From Anaerolineae bacterium (GTDB lineage: Bacteria > Chloroflexota > Anaerolineae > Anaerolineales > Anaerolineaceae), in the NCBI GenBank assembly GCA_013178095.1, contig JABLXK010000017.1, positions 2,475-66,474 of the forward strand: 64,000 nt of DNA. The letters are read 5' to 3'. Positions 54,504 to 64,000 of the stretch are shown here, piece after piece (position 1 is the stretch's first letter; every line of letters starts with the position of its first letter). Below the pieces are notes generated by a model that saw only the letters and a list, made by a program, of their open reading frames with translations, searched no databases and was not told where the DNA came from. Position numbers and translations under genes: made by a program.

Positions 54504-55237
54504 AAAACACATCCTACTCCATCGAAACCAGGTCCATCATTAAGACCTATCAAAGCGATTTCGGCGTCATTCAGGCGGTGGATGATGTTTCCCTGCAGGT
54601 CAGCCCGGGTGAGTTTGTGGCGCTGGTGGGACCGAGCGGTTCCGGCAAGACCACCATGCTCTCGATCCTGGCGGCTTTGTTGAAACCAACTTCGGGCAGC
54701 ATTTTACTGGACGGGCAGGACATCAGCGCCATGAGCGAAACGGAGCGCGTCGCCTTGCGCCGCGAAAAGATCGGTTTTACCTTTCAGGCCAATAACCTGC
54801 TGCCTTATCTGACGGCGGTTGAGAATGTGGAATTGATGCTGCGCCTGAATAACAAGCTGGATAAAGCTGGTTCCCTGCGCGCGCAGGAATTGCTGGCGCG
54901 TCTGGGTCTCGGGCAGCGCCTGAACAACCTGACCGGGCAGCTATCCGGCGGACAGCAGCAACGCGTGGCTATCGCGCGCGCTCTGATCCATAATCCCAGT
55001 TTGGTGCTGGCTGACGAACCCACCGCCAGCCTGGACACGGAACGTGCTTACCAGGTGGTCGAAACTTTCGCCGGGTTGATTCACGAACAGAACCGCGCCG
55101 GCATTATGGTCACGCATGACCTGCGCATGTGCGAGTTCGTCGACCGCGTTCTGCAAATGCGCGATGGCAAACTGGTGGCCACGTATAACGACAGGAAGTC
55201 GATCATGAAACTGGTGAATTCCCGCGCGGGGGATTGA
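54500..55237 (+). CDS. ABC transporter ATP-binding protein (MacB/LolD-like)
   Basis: Walker [10 protein letters not shown], signature [15 protein letters not shown], Walker [13 protein letters not shown] overlap with the permease gene. Confidence 0.93.
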   Translation: MKNTSYSIETRSIIKTYQSDFGVIQAVDDVSLQVSPGEFVALVGPSGSGKTTMLSILAALLKPTSGSILLDGQDISAMSETERVALRREKIGFTFQANNLLPYLTAVENVELMLRLNNKLDKAGSLRAQELLARLGLGQRLNNLTGQLSGGQQQRVAIARALIHNPSLVLADEPTASLDTERAYQVVETFAGLIHEQNRAGIMVTHDLRMCEFVDRVLQMRDGKLVATYNDRKSIMKLVNSRAGD

Positions 55238-55238
55238 G

Positions 55239-55976
55239 CTAACGGTTGATATTAATCAGGGCCGTTTGGAATTGCTCGCGGATATAGGCCAGCAGCGCGG
55301 ATAGGAACACGATCGTGCCGCTCAGCTCCAGCAGTTCTTCGATGGTAGCCAGGATACTGAAGCCGAAATTCTTCATCCCGGCTGCGCTGGCGAGCTCACC
55401 CCCCAGCATCTCGAACCCTACCGCGCCGCCCAGGTAGAGCGCGGCGCCCAGCAGGAAGGCGCGCCTGGTTTTGGCAGGCAGATCGACGATAAAGCGCACG
55501 AAAAACAACCCGAGCAGGGCGATGCCGGCCAGGGCGGGAACGATCCAGGTGAAATAGAAAATACCCGGCTGGCTGTCCCCTAACAACTTGCCCATGGGCG
55601 CCATCAGCAGCTCGTGGATGGACGCGCCTTCGTCGAAAGCCATGAAGGTGAATCCGGCTGCCAGAACGTACCATTGGGTTGCATACCGTGCTTGCGCCTG
55701 CTTCTTGTACGCGGCGATCAAGACCAGCAAGGCGGCCGCGATGAACAACAAAATGAAAGCATAAATGCTGGGAATGCTTAGTTCGGTATCCATGTCCACC
55801 AGCGGGATCAAGCCTGCCAGGCTGTCCGTTGAAACAATATATTTCAGGTATTGGACGCTGAGGCTGACCAGGGCTAATATCAAAGAAATAGCCTCGAGTT
55901 TCCAGGCAAGCTTTTTCGGGTTTATGGTTACCCTGAATTTTGATTGATTGTTGTCGGCTGGCGGATTTTGTGGCAT
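55239..55976 (-). CDS. Polytopic membrane protein, function unknown
   Basis: 245-aa ORF with about 7 hydrophobic segments. No motif recognised. Confidence 0.55.
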   Translation of the reverse strand: MPQNPPADNNQSKFRVTINPKKLAWKLEAISLILALVSLSVQYLKYIVSTDSLAGLIPLVDMDTELSIPSIYAFILLFIAAALLVLIAAYKKQAQARYATQWYVLAAGFTFMAFDEGASIHELLMAPMGKLLGDSQPGIFYFTWIVPALAGIALLGLFFVRFIVDLPAKTRRAFLLGAALYLGGAVGFEMLGGELASAAGMKNFGFSILATIEELLELSGTIVFLSALLAYIREQFQTALININR

Positions 55977-56005
55977 TCTGGCGAACCTGTCTGCGGGGTG
56001 TTCTC

Positions 56006-56773
56006 TTAACCGAAGCGCCCTTGCACGTAATCCTGGCTGCGCTTGTCTTTGGGATTCATGAACATGTCACTGCCACCTGCGTATTCTACCAGTTCACCCT
56101 GCAGGAAAAAAGCGGCGTAGTCGGACATACGCGCGGCTTGCTGCTGGTTATGCGGCGCCAGCAGGATGGTGTAATCTTTTTTGGCTTCCTGCAGGAATTC
56201 TTCGATCTTGGCGGTGGAAACCGGATCCAGGGCGGAGGTGGGTTCGTCCAGCATGATCACCTCCGGCTCCAGCGCCAGCACGCGCGCCAGGCACAGGCGC
56301 TGCTGCTGACCGCCGGATAAGGAAGCCGCCGGATCGTCCAACCGGTCGTAGATCTCTTCCCACAACACGGCCTGTTTCAAGGCCTTTTCCACGCGCGCGC
56401 GCAATTCGTCTTTATCGCGCATACCGGCCACTTCCAGCCCGAAACTGATGTTTTGGAAAATGGTCAGCGGCAGGGGGATGGGCCGCGAAAAAACCACGCC
56501 GATGCGCCGGCGCAAACCCACTACGTCCAGCCCGCGTTCCAGGATGTCCAACTTGCCCATGCGCACTTCCCCGCTCATCTCTTCCACGTCAGAGAGGTCG
56601 ATCAGACGGTTGAGTACTTTTAATAGCGAAGATTTTCCGCCCCCGGCTGGTCCGAAGACCACCGTGATGGCGTTGGGCTGGATATCCAGGCTGATGTGCT
56701 TCAGGGCTTCCTTGCCGTCGGAATAGCGCAGGTACAGGTCGCGGATGGTGATTTTGGCTTCCGGCATTACCAT
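56006..56773 (-). CDS. pstB: Phosphate ABC transporter ATP-binding protein PstB
   Basis: [38 protein letters not shown]. The start is at MVMPEAKI, and the listed 57091 start is an extension into pstA. Confidence 0.95.
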   Translation of the reverse strand: MVMPEAKITIRDLYLRYSDGKEALKHISLDIQPNAITVVFGPAGGGKSSLLKVLNRLIDLSDVEEMSGEVRMGKLDILERGLDVVGLRRRIGVVFSRPIPLPLTIFQNISFGLEVAGMRDKDELRARVEKALKQAVLWEEIYDRLDDPAASLSGGQQQRLCLARVLALEPEVIMLDEPTSALDPVSTAKIEEFLQEAKKDYTILLAPHNQQQAARMSDYAAFFLQGELVEYAGGSDMFMNPKDKRSQDYVQGRFG

Positions 56774-57651
56774 TGCCTCCTGGCGCGTGCGCGCGAGCGG
56801 ATGAGCGAGGCGATCAGGTTCATGCCCAGTACGAAAGCCAGCAGCACCAGCACGGTGCCGTACTGAATACCGGAGGGCATGCCGGGCACCTGGGTGGAGA
56901 TCACGTAGATGTGATAAGGCAGCGCCATGGTCGCGTCCATGGGCGAGCCGGGCAGGTGCGGCAGGAAGAAGGTGGCGCCGGTGAAGAGGATTGGCGCCGT
57001 CTCGCCCACCGCGCGCTCCAGCCCCAGGATGATGCCGGTCACGATGCCGGGCAGCGCCTGCGGCAGGATCACGCGCCGGATGGTTTGCCACTGCGTGCCG
57101 CCCAGCGAGACGCCCACCACACGGAAACGGTAAGGCACGCTGCGCAGAGATTCCTCGGTGGTGCTGATGATCACCGGCAGGGTCATGATGGAAAGCGTCA
57201 GCGATGCAGAGAGAATGCTGATGCCGAACTTGAAAAACAACACGAACAGCCCCAGACCGAACAAGCCGTATACCACCGATGGCACGCCGGCCAGACTTAC
57301 AATGGCGATGCGGATCAGGCGCGTCCAGCGGTTATCCGCGGCGTACTCCGAGAGGTAGATGCCGGCGGCAATTCCCAGCGGGATTGAGAAAATCGCCGTA
57401 CCGATCATCAGGTAGAAAGTACCCACAATAGCCGGCAGGATGCCCCCGGCACGCATGCCGTCGCTGGGCATGGCGGTCAGAAATTCCCAGGTGATACTAC
57501 CGGCGCCTTTGAAGACAATATAAGCGATGATTCCCAGGATGGGCAGGATAGTGACCAGCGTGATCAGGCGGATGAAGCTGAAACCGACTTTTTGCGAATT
57601 TTGCTTGCTGAGCGCATAGAAAGGCTTTTTGTACTGCGGATACTCGATCAT
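56767..57651 (-). CDS. pstA: Phosphate ABC transporter permease PstA
   Basis: Six TM segments with EAA-type loop (ESLRSVPYRFRVVGVSLGGTQWQTIRRVILPQALPG). Confidence 0.93.
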   Translation of the reverse strand: MIEYPQYKKPFYALSKQNSQKVGFSFIRLITLVTILPILGIIAYIVFKGAGSITWEFLTAMPSDGMRAGGILPAIVGTFYLMIGTAIFSIPLGIAAGIYLSEYAADNRWTRLIRIAIVSLAGVPSVVYGLFGLGLFVLFFKFGISILSASLTLSIMTLPVIISTTEESLRSVPYRFRVVGVSLGGTQWQTIRRVILPQALPGIVTGIILGLERAVGETAPILFTGATFFLPHLPGSPMDATMALPYHIYVISTQVPGMPSGIQYGTVLVLLAFVLGMNLIASLIRSRARARRQW

Positions 57652-58532
57652 GAAACCACCTGACCTTTCTCCTGTTTGGTTTTTCCCTGCAGCGAACTGG
57701 AGGAAATATTGATTATCAACGAAAAGATGAATAAGATAATACCGATGAAGAACAGCACATGGTAGTGTACGCTGCTGCTGGCAACCTCACCCATCTCCGA
57801 GGCGATGGTGGCGGTCATGGTGCGCACGGGCATGATGATCGATTTCAATCCCGCGAATGATGTGGCGGCATTGCCGGTGACCATCATCACAGCCATGGTT
57901 TCCCCCAACGAGCGACCGATGCCCAGCATCACGGCGGTCATTAAACCGCTGCGCGCCGAGGGCATCACTACGCCCCAGATCGTCTGCCATTGCGTAGCTC
58001 CTAGTGCGTAGGAGGCGTCGCGGTAGGAATTCGGCACCGCGTACAGCGCGTCCTCCGCGATCGAGACGATCGAAGGAATGGCGATCAACGCCAGCAGGAT
58101 AGCGCCGCTCAAGGCGGTCAATCCGGTGGGCAAATTCAGGAAAGTACGCAGGAAAGGCGATAATGCCTGGATGCCGATGAAACCCAGCACTACCGAGGGG
58201 ATGCCTGCCATGATCTCAACCGTAGGCTTAAGGATCTCTTTGATCTTTTTAGGCGCGATCTCACCGATGTAAATGGCGGTGCCCACGCCCAGCGGGAGGG
58301 CAATCAGGATGGAGGTGAGCGTGACCACCAGCGAACCGGAAATCAGCGGCAGGATGCCGAATAATTCCTCGATTGGGTACCAGCGCAGACTGAACAAGTT
58401 TTTAAAGGAAACTTCGCCAAGCGCCGGCAGACCTTCTTTGACCAGAAAAAAGAAAATCAGCAGGATGAACAGGATGCTGGATGAACCGGCGATCTTGATC
58501 GAATTGGCGATGAATCTCTCTGATCGTTTCAT
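57648..58532 (-). CDS. pstC: Phosphate ABC transporter permease PstC
   Basis: EDALYAVPNSYRDASYALGATQWQTIWGVVMPSARSG loop. ATG 58532 lies 7 nt after the pstS stop. 4-nt overlap with pstA. Confidence 0.93.
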   Translation of the reverse strand: MKRSERFIANSIKIAGSSSILFILLIFFFLVKEGLPALGEVSFKNLFSLRWYPIEELFGILPLISGSLVVTLTSILIALPLGVGTAIYIGEIAPKKIKEILKPTVEIMAGIPSVVLGFIGIQALSPFLRTFLNLPTGLTALSGAILLALIAIPSIVSIAEDALYAVPNSYRDASYALGATQWQTIWGVVMPSARSGLMTAVMLGIGRSLGETMAVMMVTGNAATSFAGLKSIIMPVRTMTATIASEMGEVASSSVHYHVLFFIGIILFIFSLIINISSSSLQGKTKQEKGQVVS

Positions 58533-58539
58533 GCCTGTT

Positions 58540-59418
58540 TTACTCCATGATCGGCACAAAGCCCAGATCGGTTACGATTGCCTGCGCTTCCGCTGAGAGG
58601 ATCCAGTCAATGTAATCTTTGATGGCTCCCTGCGGTTCACCGCGCGTATACATGTATAAACCGCGGGAAATGGGGTATTGGCCGTTGCTGACGGTTTCCG
58701 CCGAGGGCAGGATGTATTCGCCGTTTTCAAAACTTGCCAGCGCGATCATCTTGACCTCCTCGGTGACGTAGCCCAACCCGTCGTAACCGATGGCGTTGGA
58801 GTTATCGCGTACTTCGGCGATGATCCCTTCCGATGAGGGCAGCAGCAGCGTATCGGCGGAGAAGATGGACGTGTCTTCGTCGTCGCCCAGGCGGATGACT
58901 TCCTCCAGAAAATAAACATGCGTGCCGGAATTGCTCTCGCGCGACAGGCGCACGATCGGGCGGTCTTCGCCGCCTAATTCGCTCCAGTTGTTAATCTCGC
59001 CTTTGTAAATGCGCGCGACCTGTTCCAATGTCAGCTCGGAAACGGGATTTTCGGGATTAACGATCACCGCGATGGCGTCGTTGGCGACCGTGAATTCCAC
59101 CGGCTCAAATCCGGCGGATTCGGCTTGTTCGATTTCGAGGTCTTTGATCTCGCGTGAAGCGTTGGCGATGTCGATGGTGCCGTTGATCAATGCGGTAAAC
59201 CCGGTGCCGCTACCGCCTCCGGTAACGGAAATCTGGATTTCGGGGTGTTCAACCTGGTAGCGTTCAGCCCAGGCCAGCGCCAGGTTGACCAATGTATCGG
59301 AGCCCTTGTTTTCGATATAATCGCTGCTGCCTTGCGCGGAAGCCGCCTCCGTTCCGGAGGAACAGGCTGCGGTCAGGAAAACGCCGATGGTTATGAAAAG
59401 CAGAGCCCAACGTTTCAT
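58540..59418 (-). CDS. pstS: Phosphate-binding lipoprotein PstS
   Basis: Lipobox LTAACSS. GSDTLVNLA ... VTGGGSGTGF ... IANASREI. The start at MKRWALLF (59418) lies inside the listed longer ORF. Confidence 0.93.
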   Translation of the reverse strand: MKRWALLFITIGVFLTAACSSGTEAASAQGSSDYIENKGSDTLVNLALAWAERYQVEHPEIQISVTGGGSGTGFTALINGTIDIANASREIKDLEIEQAESAGFEPVEFTVANDAIAVIVNPENPVSELTLEQVARIYKGEINNWSELGGEDRPIVRLSRESNSGTHVYFLEEVIRLGDDEDTSIFSADTLLLPSSEGIIAEVRDNSNAIGYDGLGYVTEEVKMIALASFENGEYILPSAETVSNGQYPISRGLYMYTRGEPQGAIKDYIDWILSAEAQAIVTDLGFVPIME

Positions 59419-59635
59419 CGCTGAAATTATAACTTCAAAGTGTGATATAAATACCCGTGCCTGTAATGAAAATTTAATAAAATTATGAAAGTGGGACGTT
59501 AATTCATACACAATAGTTCTTAAAAATGTGATTTTTGTAAATAATATGGTTTTTCCCATTTCACGGGAATTTGAGTTCTTGGTTTGGTAAGCCAAGTTCT
59601 TTTTATAAATTCAAGGACTTAAAAGACAATCTGAA

Positions 59636-61180
59636 ATGACAACCAATCATCCGCAGCAGGAATCCGCATTCGCGAAAAAGAATACATATTTAATCAATTG
59701 CATATTTCTTCTCATTTTCATCGCCAGTTACTCCCTGACGCCCCTCTTTACCTCCAACCAGAATCAGTATTTTTTGCACGGCATGGCTCAGGCCGGGTTG
59801 GGATCACTGGATCAGGATTGGCTGGCGAACACAGCCGATCCGGCGCCGGTTTTCACGGCCATCGTCAAGTGGACCTACCTTTTGCTTAAATCGAATATTT
59901 GGTTCCACATTTATTACATCGCCATCCTGGCGCTCTACTTTTTCAGTTTGCTGAAAATCAACCTCAAATTGTTTAGGGAGCAGACCGAACGCAAAAATAT
60001 TTTGGTGACTGCCATCGTCATCATCCTTGGCAATTCTTATCTGCTGCGGTATGCGTTGATGCACTTTATCAATCCAAGCTGGGGTTTTCTGCTGGATGGC
60101 GGCGTGGCGGACCAAAAAATCCTTGGCACGGTTTTACAGCCGAGCATTTTCGGGGTTCTTTTCATCACGTCCCTGTTTTTCTTTCTTTCGCATAAACCCT
60201 ATCTTGCGGTGCTCATGGCCTCGCTCGCGGCTGTTTTTCACCCCACCTATTTATTGAGCGCCGCCATACTGGTTTTGAGCTACCTGCTGGAAACAGTATA
60301 TGAAAGCCGGGACCTGAAAAAGGCGTTTTTATTGGGAATCGCGGCCCTGGTGTTTGTGGCTCCCATCGTCTTGTACGTGTTCTCCAATTTTTCCGATCTG
60401 ACCCGGCCTAATGACGCCGCCTCCATCCTGGTTAACGTCCGCATTCCGCACCACGCATTGATAAGAGAATGGTTTGATTTTTCCGCCATCATCAGGGTCG
60501 CCCTGATCGTGCTTGGGATTCTTGCGATATGGAAGGAAAAGAAAATTTCGATCCCGCTGCTAGTCATGTTCATCTTTTCCTTGTCCCTGACCCTTCTTCA
60601 GGTAATTATTAACAACGATCAGCTGGCATTAATGTTCCCCTGGAGGATCAGCGCCTTGCTGGTGCCGGTCTGTTCCACTATTGCCTTGAGCAAACTTGCC
60701 TTTGTCATGCTCGACCGTATAAAAACGGGAAGTGCGAAAAAAATTCTCCTGGGCGGGGCCATCGCGCTGCTGGCGTTAGCGGCCTGTTTCGGGATCTATC
60801 GGTCAGTTGCTCTTTTTAATGAAAAAGCCGCCAATACAGAAAGTGGTTTGATCGCGTGGGTTACGGAGACGAGCACGGATAAGGATAATTTCCTGATCCC
60901 CATCGGGTTGGAGACTTTCCGCACCGCAACTTTGCGGCCGGCTTACGTGGATTTTTTCTCCATACCATACGCCTCGCAGGATGTGGTCGACTGGTATCAC
61001 CGCGTGCTTTCGGCTAACAAATACTATGAAGATGGCGATTGCGATGAATTGTACAATATCCGCCACGATTACAAGATAACCCACATTGTCACCGAGAGCC
61101 GCGACCCCCAAACCGTCTGTAAAAATATGCACCTGGTTTATGCGGACAAGGCCTACACCGTTTACCGCTACGGAAAGTAA
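59636..61180 (+). CDS. Large polytopic membrane protein, function unknown (glycosyltransferase-C-like topology possible)
   Basis: 514 aa with about 12 hydrophobic segments followed by a soluble C-terminal part. Composition is less GC-rich than its neighbours. Confidence 0.55.
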   Translation: MTTNHPQQESAFAKKNTYLINCIFLLIFIASYSLTPLFTSNQNQYFLHGMAQAGLGSLDQDWLANTADPAPVFTAIVKWTYLLLKSNIWFHIYYIAILALYFFSLLKINLKLFREQTERKNILVTAIVIILGNSYLLRYALMHFINPSWGFLLDGGVADQKILGTVLQPSIFGVLFITSLFFFLSHKPYLAVLMASLAAVFHPTYLLSAAILVLSYLLETVYESRDLKKAFLLGIAALVFVAPIVLYVFSNFSDLTRPNDAASILVNVRIPHHALIREWFDFSAIIRVALIVLGILAIWKEKKISIPLLVMFIFSLSLTLLQVIINNDQLALMFPWRISALLVPVCSTIALSKLAFVMLDRIKTGSAKKILLGGAIALLALAACFGIYRSVALFNEKAANTESGLIAWVTETSTDKDNFLIPIGLETFRTATLRPAYVDFFSIPYASQDVVDWYHRVLSANKYYEDGDCDELYNIRHDYKITHIVTESRDPQTVCKNMHLVYADKAYTVYRYGK

Positions 61181-61357
61181 AAACCGGACCTGGAAAACCT
61201 TTAATAAGAACCTTCGCAGCTTTTTCTTAAAAGACATTAGCTGCGCGCGTCAAGATGCTTTATAATCAATCGGTTTGTCGCGAAAAAATCCCTTCATTGG
61301 CTTAAAAACGCATCAGTTATAATCACTAATGGAAAATATTTTTAAGGAAAATTGTGC

Positions 61358-63802
61358 ATGGAAGTTAGCAAAGTAAAGCAAATCGATATCGACCATGAGA
61401 TGCGCACGTCCTACATCGATTACGCCATGAGCGTGATCGTGGCGCGCGCGCTGCCGGATGCTCGCGACGGATTGAAACCGGTGCACCGGCGCGTGCTCTA
61501 CGCCATGATGGATATGGGCATCCGCGCCAACAGCGCTTACAAAAAATCTGCCCGTATCGTCGGCGAGGTGCTGGGCAAGTACCATCCGCACGGTGATGCG
61601 GCGGTTTACGATACCATGGCGCGCATGGCGCAGGATTTCTCGATGCGCTACCTGATGGTGGACGGCCAGGGTAATTTCGGCTCGATCGACGGCGACCCCC
61701 CGGCTGCCATGCGTTACACCGAAGCCCGCCTGGGCGTCATGGCCGAGGAAATGTTGATCGATATCGACAAGGATACGGTTGACTTTACTGATAACTTCGA
61801 TGGTTCATTACAGGAACCGCTGGTGCTGCCCGCGCGCCTGCCGAATCTGCTGTTGAATGGCGCTTCCGGCATCGCGGTGGGCATGGCTACCAACATCCCC
61901 ACCCACAACCTGCGCGAAGTGTGCCGCGCGTTGGAATACATGATCGATAATCAGGATTCCGTGGATGACATCACGGTAGAAGACCTGATCAAATTCATCC
62001 CCGGCCCGGATTTCCCCACCGGTGGCATTGTGGTGGGTGCGGAGGGCATTCGCCAGGCGTATTCAACCGGCAAGGGCAAGATCACCATGCAGGGACGCGC
62101 CATCATCGACGAGCTCAAGGGCGGGCGCTACCAAATCCGCATCACCGAGATCCCTTACCAGGTCAATAAGACCAGCCTGATCGAACGCATTGCCGACCTG
62201 GTACGCGAGGAAAAATTGCCGGAAGTTTCCGACCTGCGCGATGAATCCGACCGCAACGGCATGCGCATCATCATCGAACTCAAACGCAACGCGCAGCCCA
62301 AGCGCGTGCTCAATCGCTTATATAAATACACCCAGCTTCAGTCCACCTTCGGTATCAACATGCTGGCGTTGGTGGAAGGCGAACCGCGTCTACTCTCCTT
62401 AAAGCGTGTGTTGCAAATCTTCATCGAACACCGCGTGGATGTCATCACCCGCCGCACCCAGTTCGAGTTGGAAAAAGCCAAACACCGCGCGCACATCCTG
62501 GAAGGGCTGCTGATCGCGCAGGCGAATTTGGACGAGGTCATCAAGACCATCCGAAATTCGCCCGATTCGGACGTGGCCAAGGAACGCCTGATGGCGCGCT
62601 TCAAACTCTCGGATATCCAGGCGCTGGCTATTTTAGATATGCAGCTCCGCCGCCTTTCGCAGTTGGAGCGCGAGAAGATCGAGCAGGAGCACAAGGAACT
62701 GATGGAGCGCATCGCGTATCTGGAAGATTTGCTAGCGCACCCCAAAAAGATCCTGGCGCTCATCCGCGAAGACCTGGAAGACGTGAGCCGCAAGTACGGC
62801 GACAACCGCCGCACGCTCATTTCCGACAGCAACATCGAAGATCTCTCCGAAGAAGACCTGGTATCTGATGTAGCCGCACTGGTGACTATCACCCGCAACG
62901 GCTATATCAAACGCACCCAGCCGGGTATTTACAAAACGCAAGCCAGGGGCGGCAAGGGCGTGATTGGGCAATCGGTAAAAGATGAGGATGAAATCAATAT
63001 CATGATTCCATGCCGCGCTCTGCATACCCTGCTGTTCTTCACCGATCGCGGCAAGGTTTATTCCGAAAGGGTTTACGAATTGGCCGAATCTGGCCGCACC
63101 GAAAAAGGTACGCCCATCGTCAACCTGTTGACCTTGGAACCTGACGAGCGCATCACCGCCGCCGTGGCGGTTCCCGATTTCAAAGCGGCCGAGTACATCA
63201 TGGTGGCTACCGCCAGCGGGCGCGTCAAGCGTATGCAGCTTTCGGATTTTGAAAGCGTGCGCGTTTCCGGCCTGATCGCCATCACCCTTGAAGAAGGTGA
63301 CGAATTGGGCTGGGCGGGCTTGACCAGCGGCAAGGATGACCTGATCATGGTCACCGCCAACGGCAACGCCCTGCGCGTTAACGAAAATGACTTCCGCCCG
63401 ATGGGGCGTTCCGCCCGGGGCGTGACCGGCATCAAACTGGCCGCAGGCGACAAGCTGACCAGCATGGAAGTGGTCACTGCCGACGGATTCCTGCTGGTCG
63501 TGACTGAAAAGGGGTACGGCAAGCGCACCGAGCTCAAACAATACCGCACCCAGGGGCGCGCCACCAAGGGCGTTGCTACCATCGACCAAAAATCCATCAA
63601 AACTATCGGCCGCATTGCATCCGCCCGCGTGGTTGAAAAAGACGATTCCGTCAGCTTTATGACCACCAACGGATTGATGCTGCGCGTGAATGTGAGTGAC
63701 ATCACCAAATCGGGCCGGGCCACCCGCGGCGTGCGCCTGATAAATCTGGACAAGAACGATAGCCTGGCTTCCATCGCGCGTATTTCCGACGCCAAGAAAT
63801 AA
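61358..63802 (+). CDS. gyrA: DNA gyrase subunit A
   Basis: [53 protein letters not shown] (QRDR), AMRYTE active-site Tyr. C-terminal beta-pinwheel repeats (GRSARGV, GRATKGV, GRATRGV). ATG 61358 lies 7 nt after AAGGAAA. Confidence 0.97.
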   Translation: MEVSKVKQIDIDHEMRTSYIDYAMSVIVARALPDARDGLKPVHRRVLYAMMDMGIRANSAYKKSARIVGEVLGKYHPHGDAAVYDTMARMAQDFSMRYLMVDGQGNFGSIDGDPPAAMRYTEARLGVMAEEMLIDIDKDTVDFTDNFDGSLQEPLVLPARLPNLLLNGASGIAVGMATNIPTHNLREVCRALEYMIDNQDSVDDITVEDLIKFIPGPDFPTGGIVVGAEGIRQAYSTGKGKITMQGRAIIDELKGGRYQIRITEIPYQVNKTSLIERIADLVREEKLPEVSDLRDESDRNGMRIIIELKRNAQPKRVLNRLYKYTQLQSTFGINMLALVEGEPRLLSLKRVLQIFIEHRVDVITRRTQFELEKAKHRAHILEGLLIAQANLDEVIKTIRNSPDSDVAKERLMARFKLSDIQALAILDMQLRRLSQLEREKIEQEHKELMERIAYLEDLLAHPKKILALIREDLEDVSRKYGDNRRTLISDSNIEDLSEEDLVSDVAALVTITRNGYIKRTQPGIYKTQARGGKGVIGQSVKDEDEINIMIPCRALHTLLFFTDRGKVYSERVYELAESGRTEKGTPIVNLLTLEPDERITAAVAVPDFKAAEYIMVATASGRVKRMQLSDFESVRVSGLIAITLEEGDELGWAGLTSGKDDLIMVTANGNALRVNENDFRPMGRSARGVTGIKLAAGDKLTSMEVVTADGFLLVVTEKGYGKRTELKQYRTQGRATKGVATIDQKSIKTIGRIASARVVEKDDSVSFMTTNGLMLRVNVSDITKSGRATRGVRLINLDKNDSLASIARISDAKK

Positions 63803-63829
63803 CCGGATTTATACAAATCGATCACCATC

Positions 63830-63858
63830 AACGAGGCAGCTCCCCCTGCCTCGTTTTC
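63830..63858 (+). terminator. Rho-independent terminator after gyrA
   Basis: ACGAGGCAG-CTCCCCC-TGCCTCGT followed by TTTTC. Confidence 0.7.
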
Positions 63859-63860
63859 AT

Positions 63861-64000
63861 TCCCCTTCTCCCTTTAGGGAGAAGGCAGGGATGAGGGTAA
63901 AAACGCACCATTTTGGAAGACCCTCGCTTTTTTTCATGAGATCGCCACGTCGCTCGCCCTGCGTGCAGGAAAAAAAGGGTTTTTACCCCTCGGGTCTCAG
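63861..64000. repeat. REP-like elements at the window end
   Basis: CTTCTCCCT-TT-AGGGAGAAG palindrome (63866-63886). GAGATCGCCACGTCGCTC (63940-63957) is the exact reverse complement of GAGCGACGTGGCGATCTC at 49873-49890. Confidence 0.5.

Noticed and set aside
56006-57091. N-terminally extended versions of pstB (to 57091), pstS (to 59595), pstC (to 58559), rsmI (from 37008), the TrmO-like gene (from 17435), the pentapeptide gene (from 20387) and fpg/nei (from 48051).
   Set aside because: The extensions overlap upstream genes or run through intergenic repeats and lack family similarity. The internal ATGs have RBSs and give canonical N-termini or signal peptides.
59419-59635. Pho-box operator upstream of pstS.
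   Set aside because: The spacer is AT-rich and contains TTTCAT twice, 19 nt apart. This does not fit the 11-nt phasing of known PhoB/PhoP boxes, and the consensus for this lineage is unknown to me. It is not reportable as a site.

Overview
This is a 64-kb chromosomal segment from a moderately GC-rich bacterium. The gene content and the short REP-like repeats remind me of Chloroflexota/Anaerolineae, but that is recollection, not a search. I support about 60 protein genes, mostly housekeeping. They include gyrB (8.2 kb), gyrA (61.4 kb), metK behind a textbook SAM-I riboswitch, ftsK, lipA, plsY, rnz, htrA and pstSCAB. There is also a MacAB-like ABC export module, an ECF sigma/anti-sigma pair, tandem nucleoside hydrolases and one tRNA-Val(CAC). 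I saw no transposase, integrase, prophage, CRISPR array or rRNA.

The most notable feature is a start/stop-overlapping minus-strand operon at 40.6-46.2 kb. It couples a divergent tRNA-guanine-transglycosylase-family protein with two divergent FmrO/ArmA-Rmt-type (16S m7G1405-class) methyltransferase homologues and an RsmF-like m5C1407 methyltransferase. It lies a few kb from rsmI, rsmE and a queuosine-precursor transporter (yhhQ). This is an unusual concentration of helix-44 decoding-centre modification genes.

Other items worth a second look:
- A roughly 190-nt unit bounded by a consensus promoter and a strong terminator, containing a 32-aa hydrophobic ORF (21.5-21.7 kb).
- An AT-rich islet with an orphan secreted protein built from three internal repeats (28.2-29.5 kb).
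- A 159-bp-period tandem array next to tRNA-Val (49.1-49.9 kb), plus several dispersed REP-like families.
- A Qnr/MfpA-like pentapeptide protein.
- An Fpg/Nei homologue lacking the catalytic N-terminal proline.
- A methyltransferase-GT2 fusion next to a MalT-like regulator.
- An orphan DNA methyltransferase.

All functional calls come from reading motifs by eye. No database search was run.
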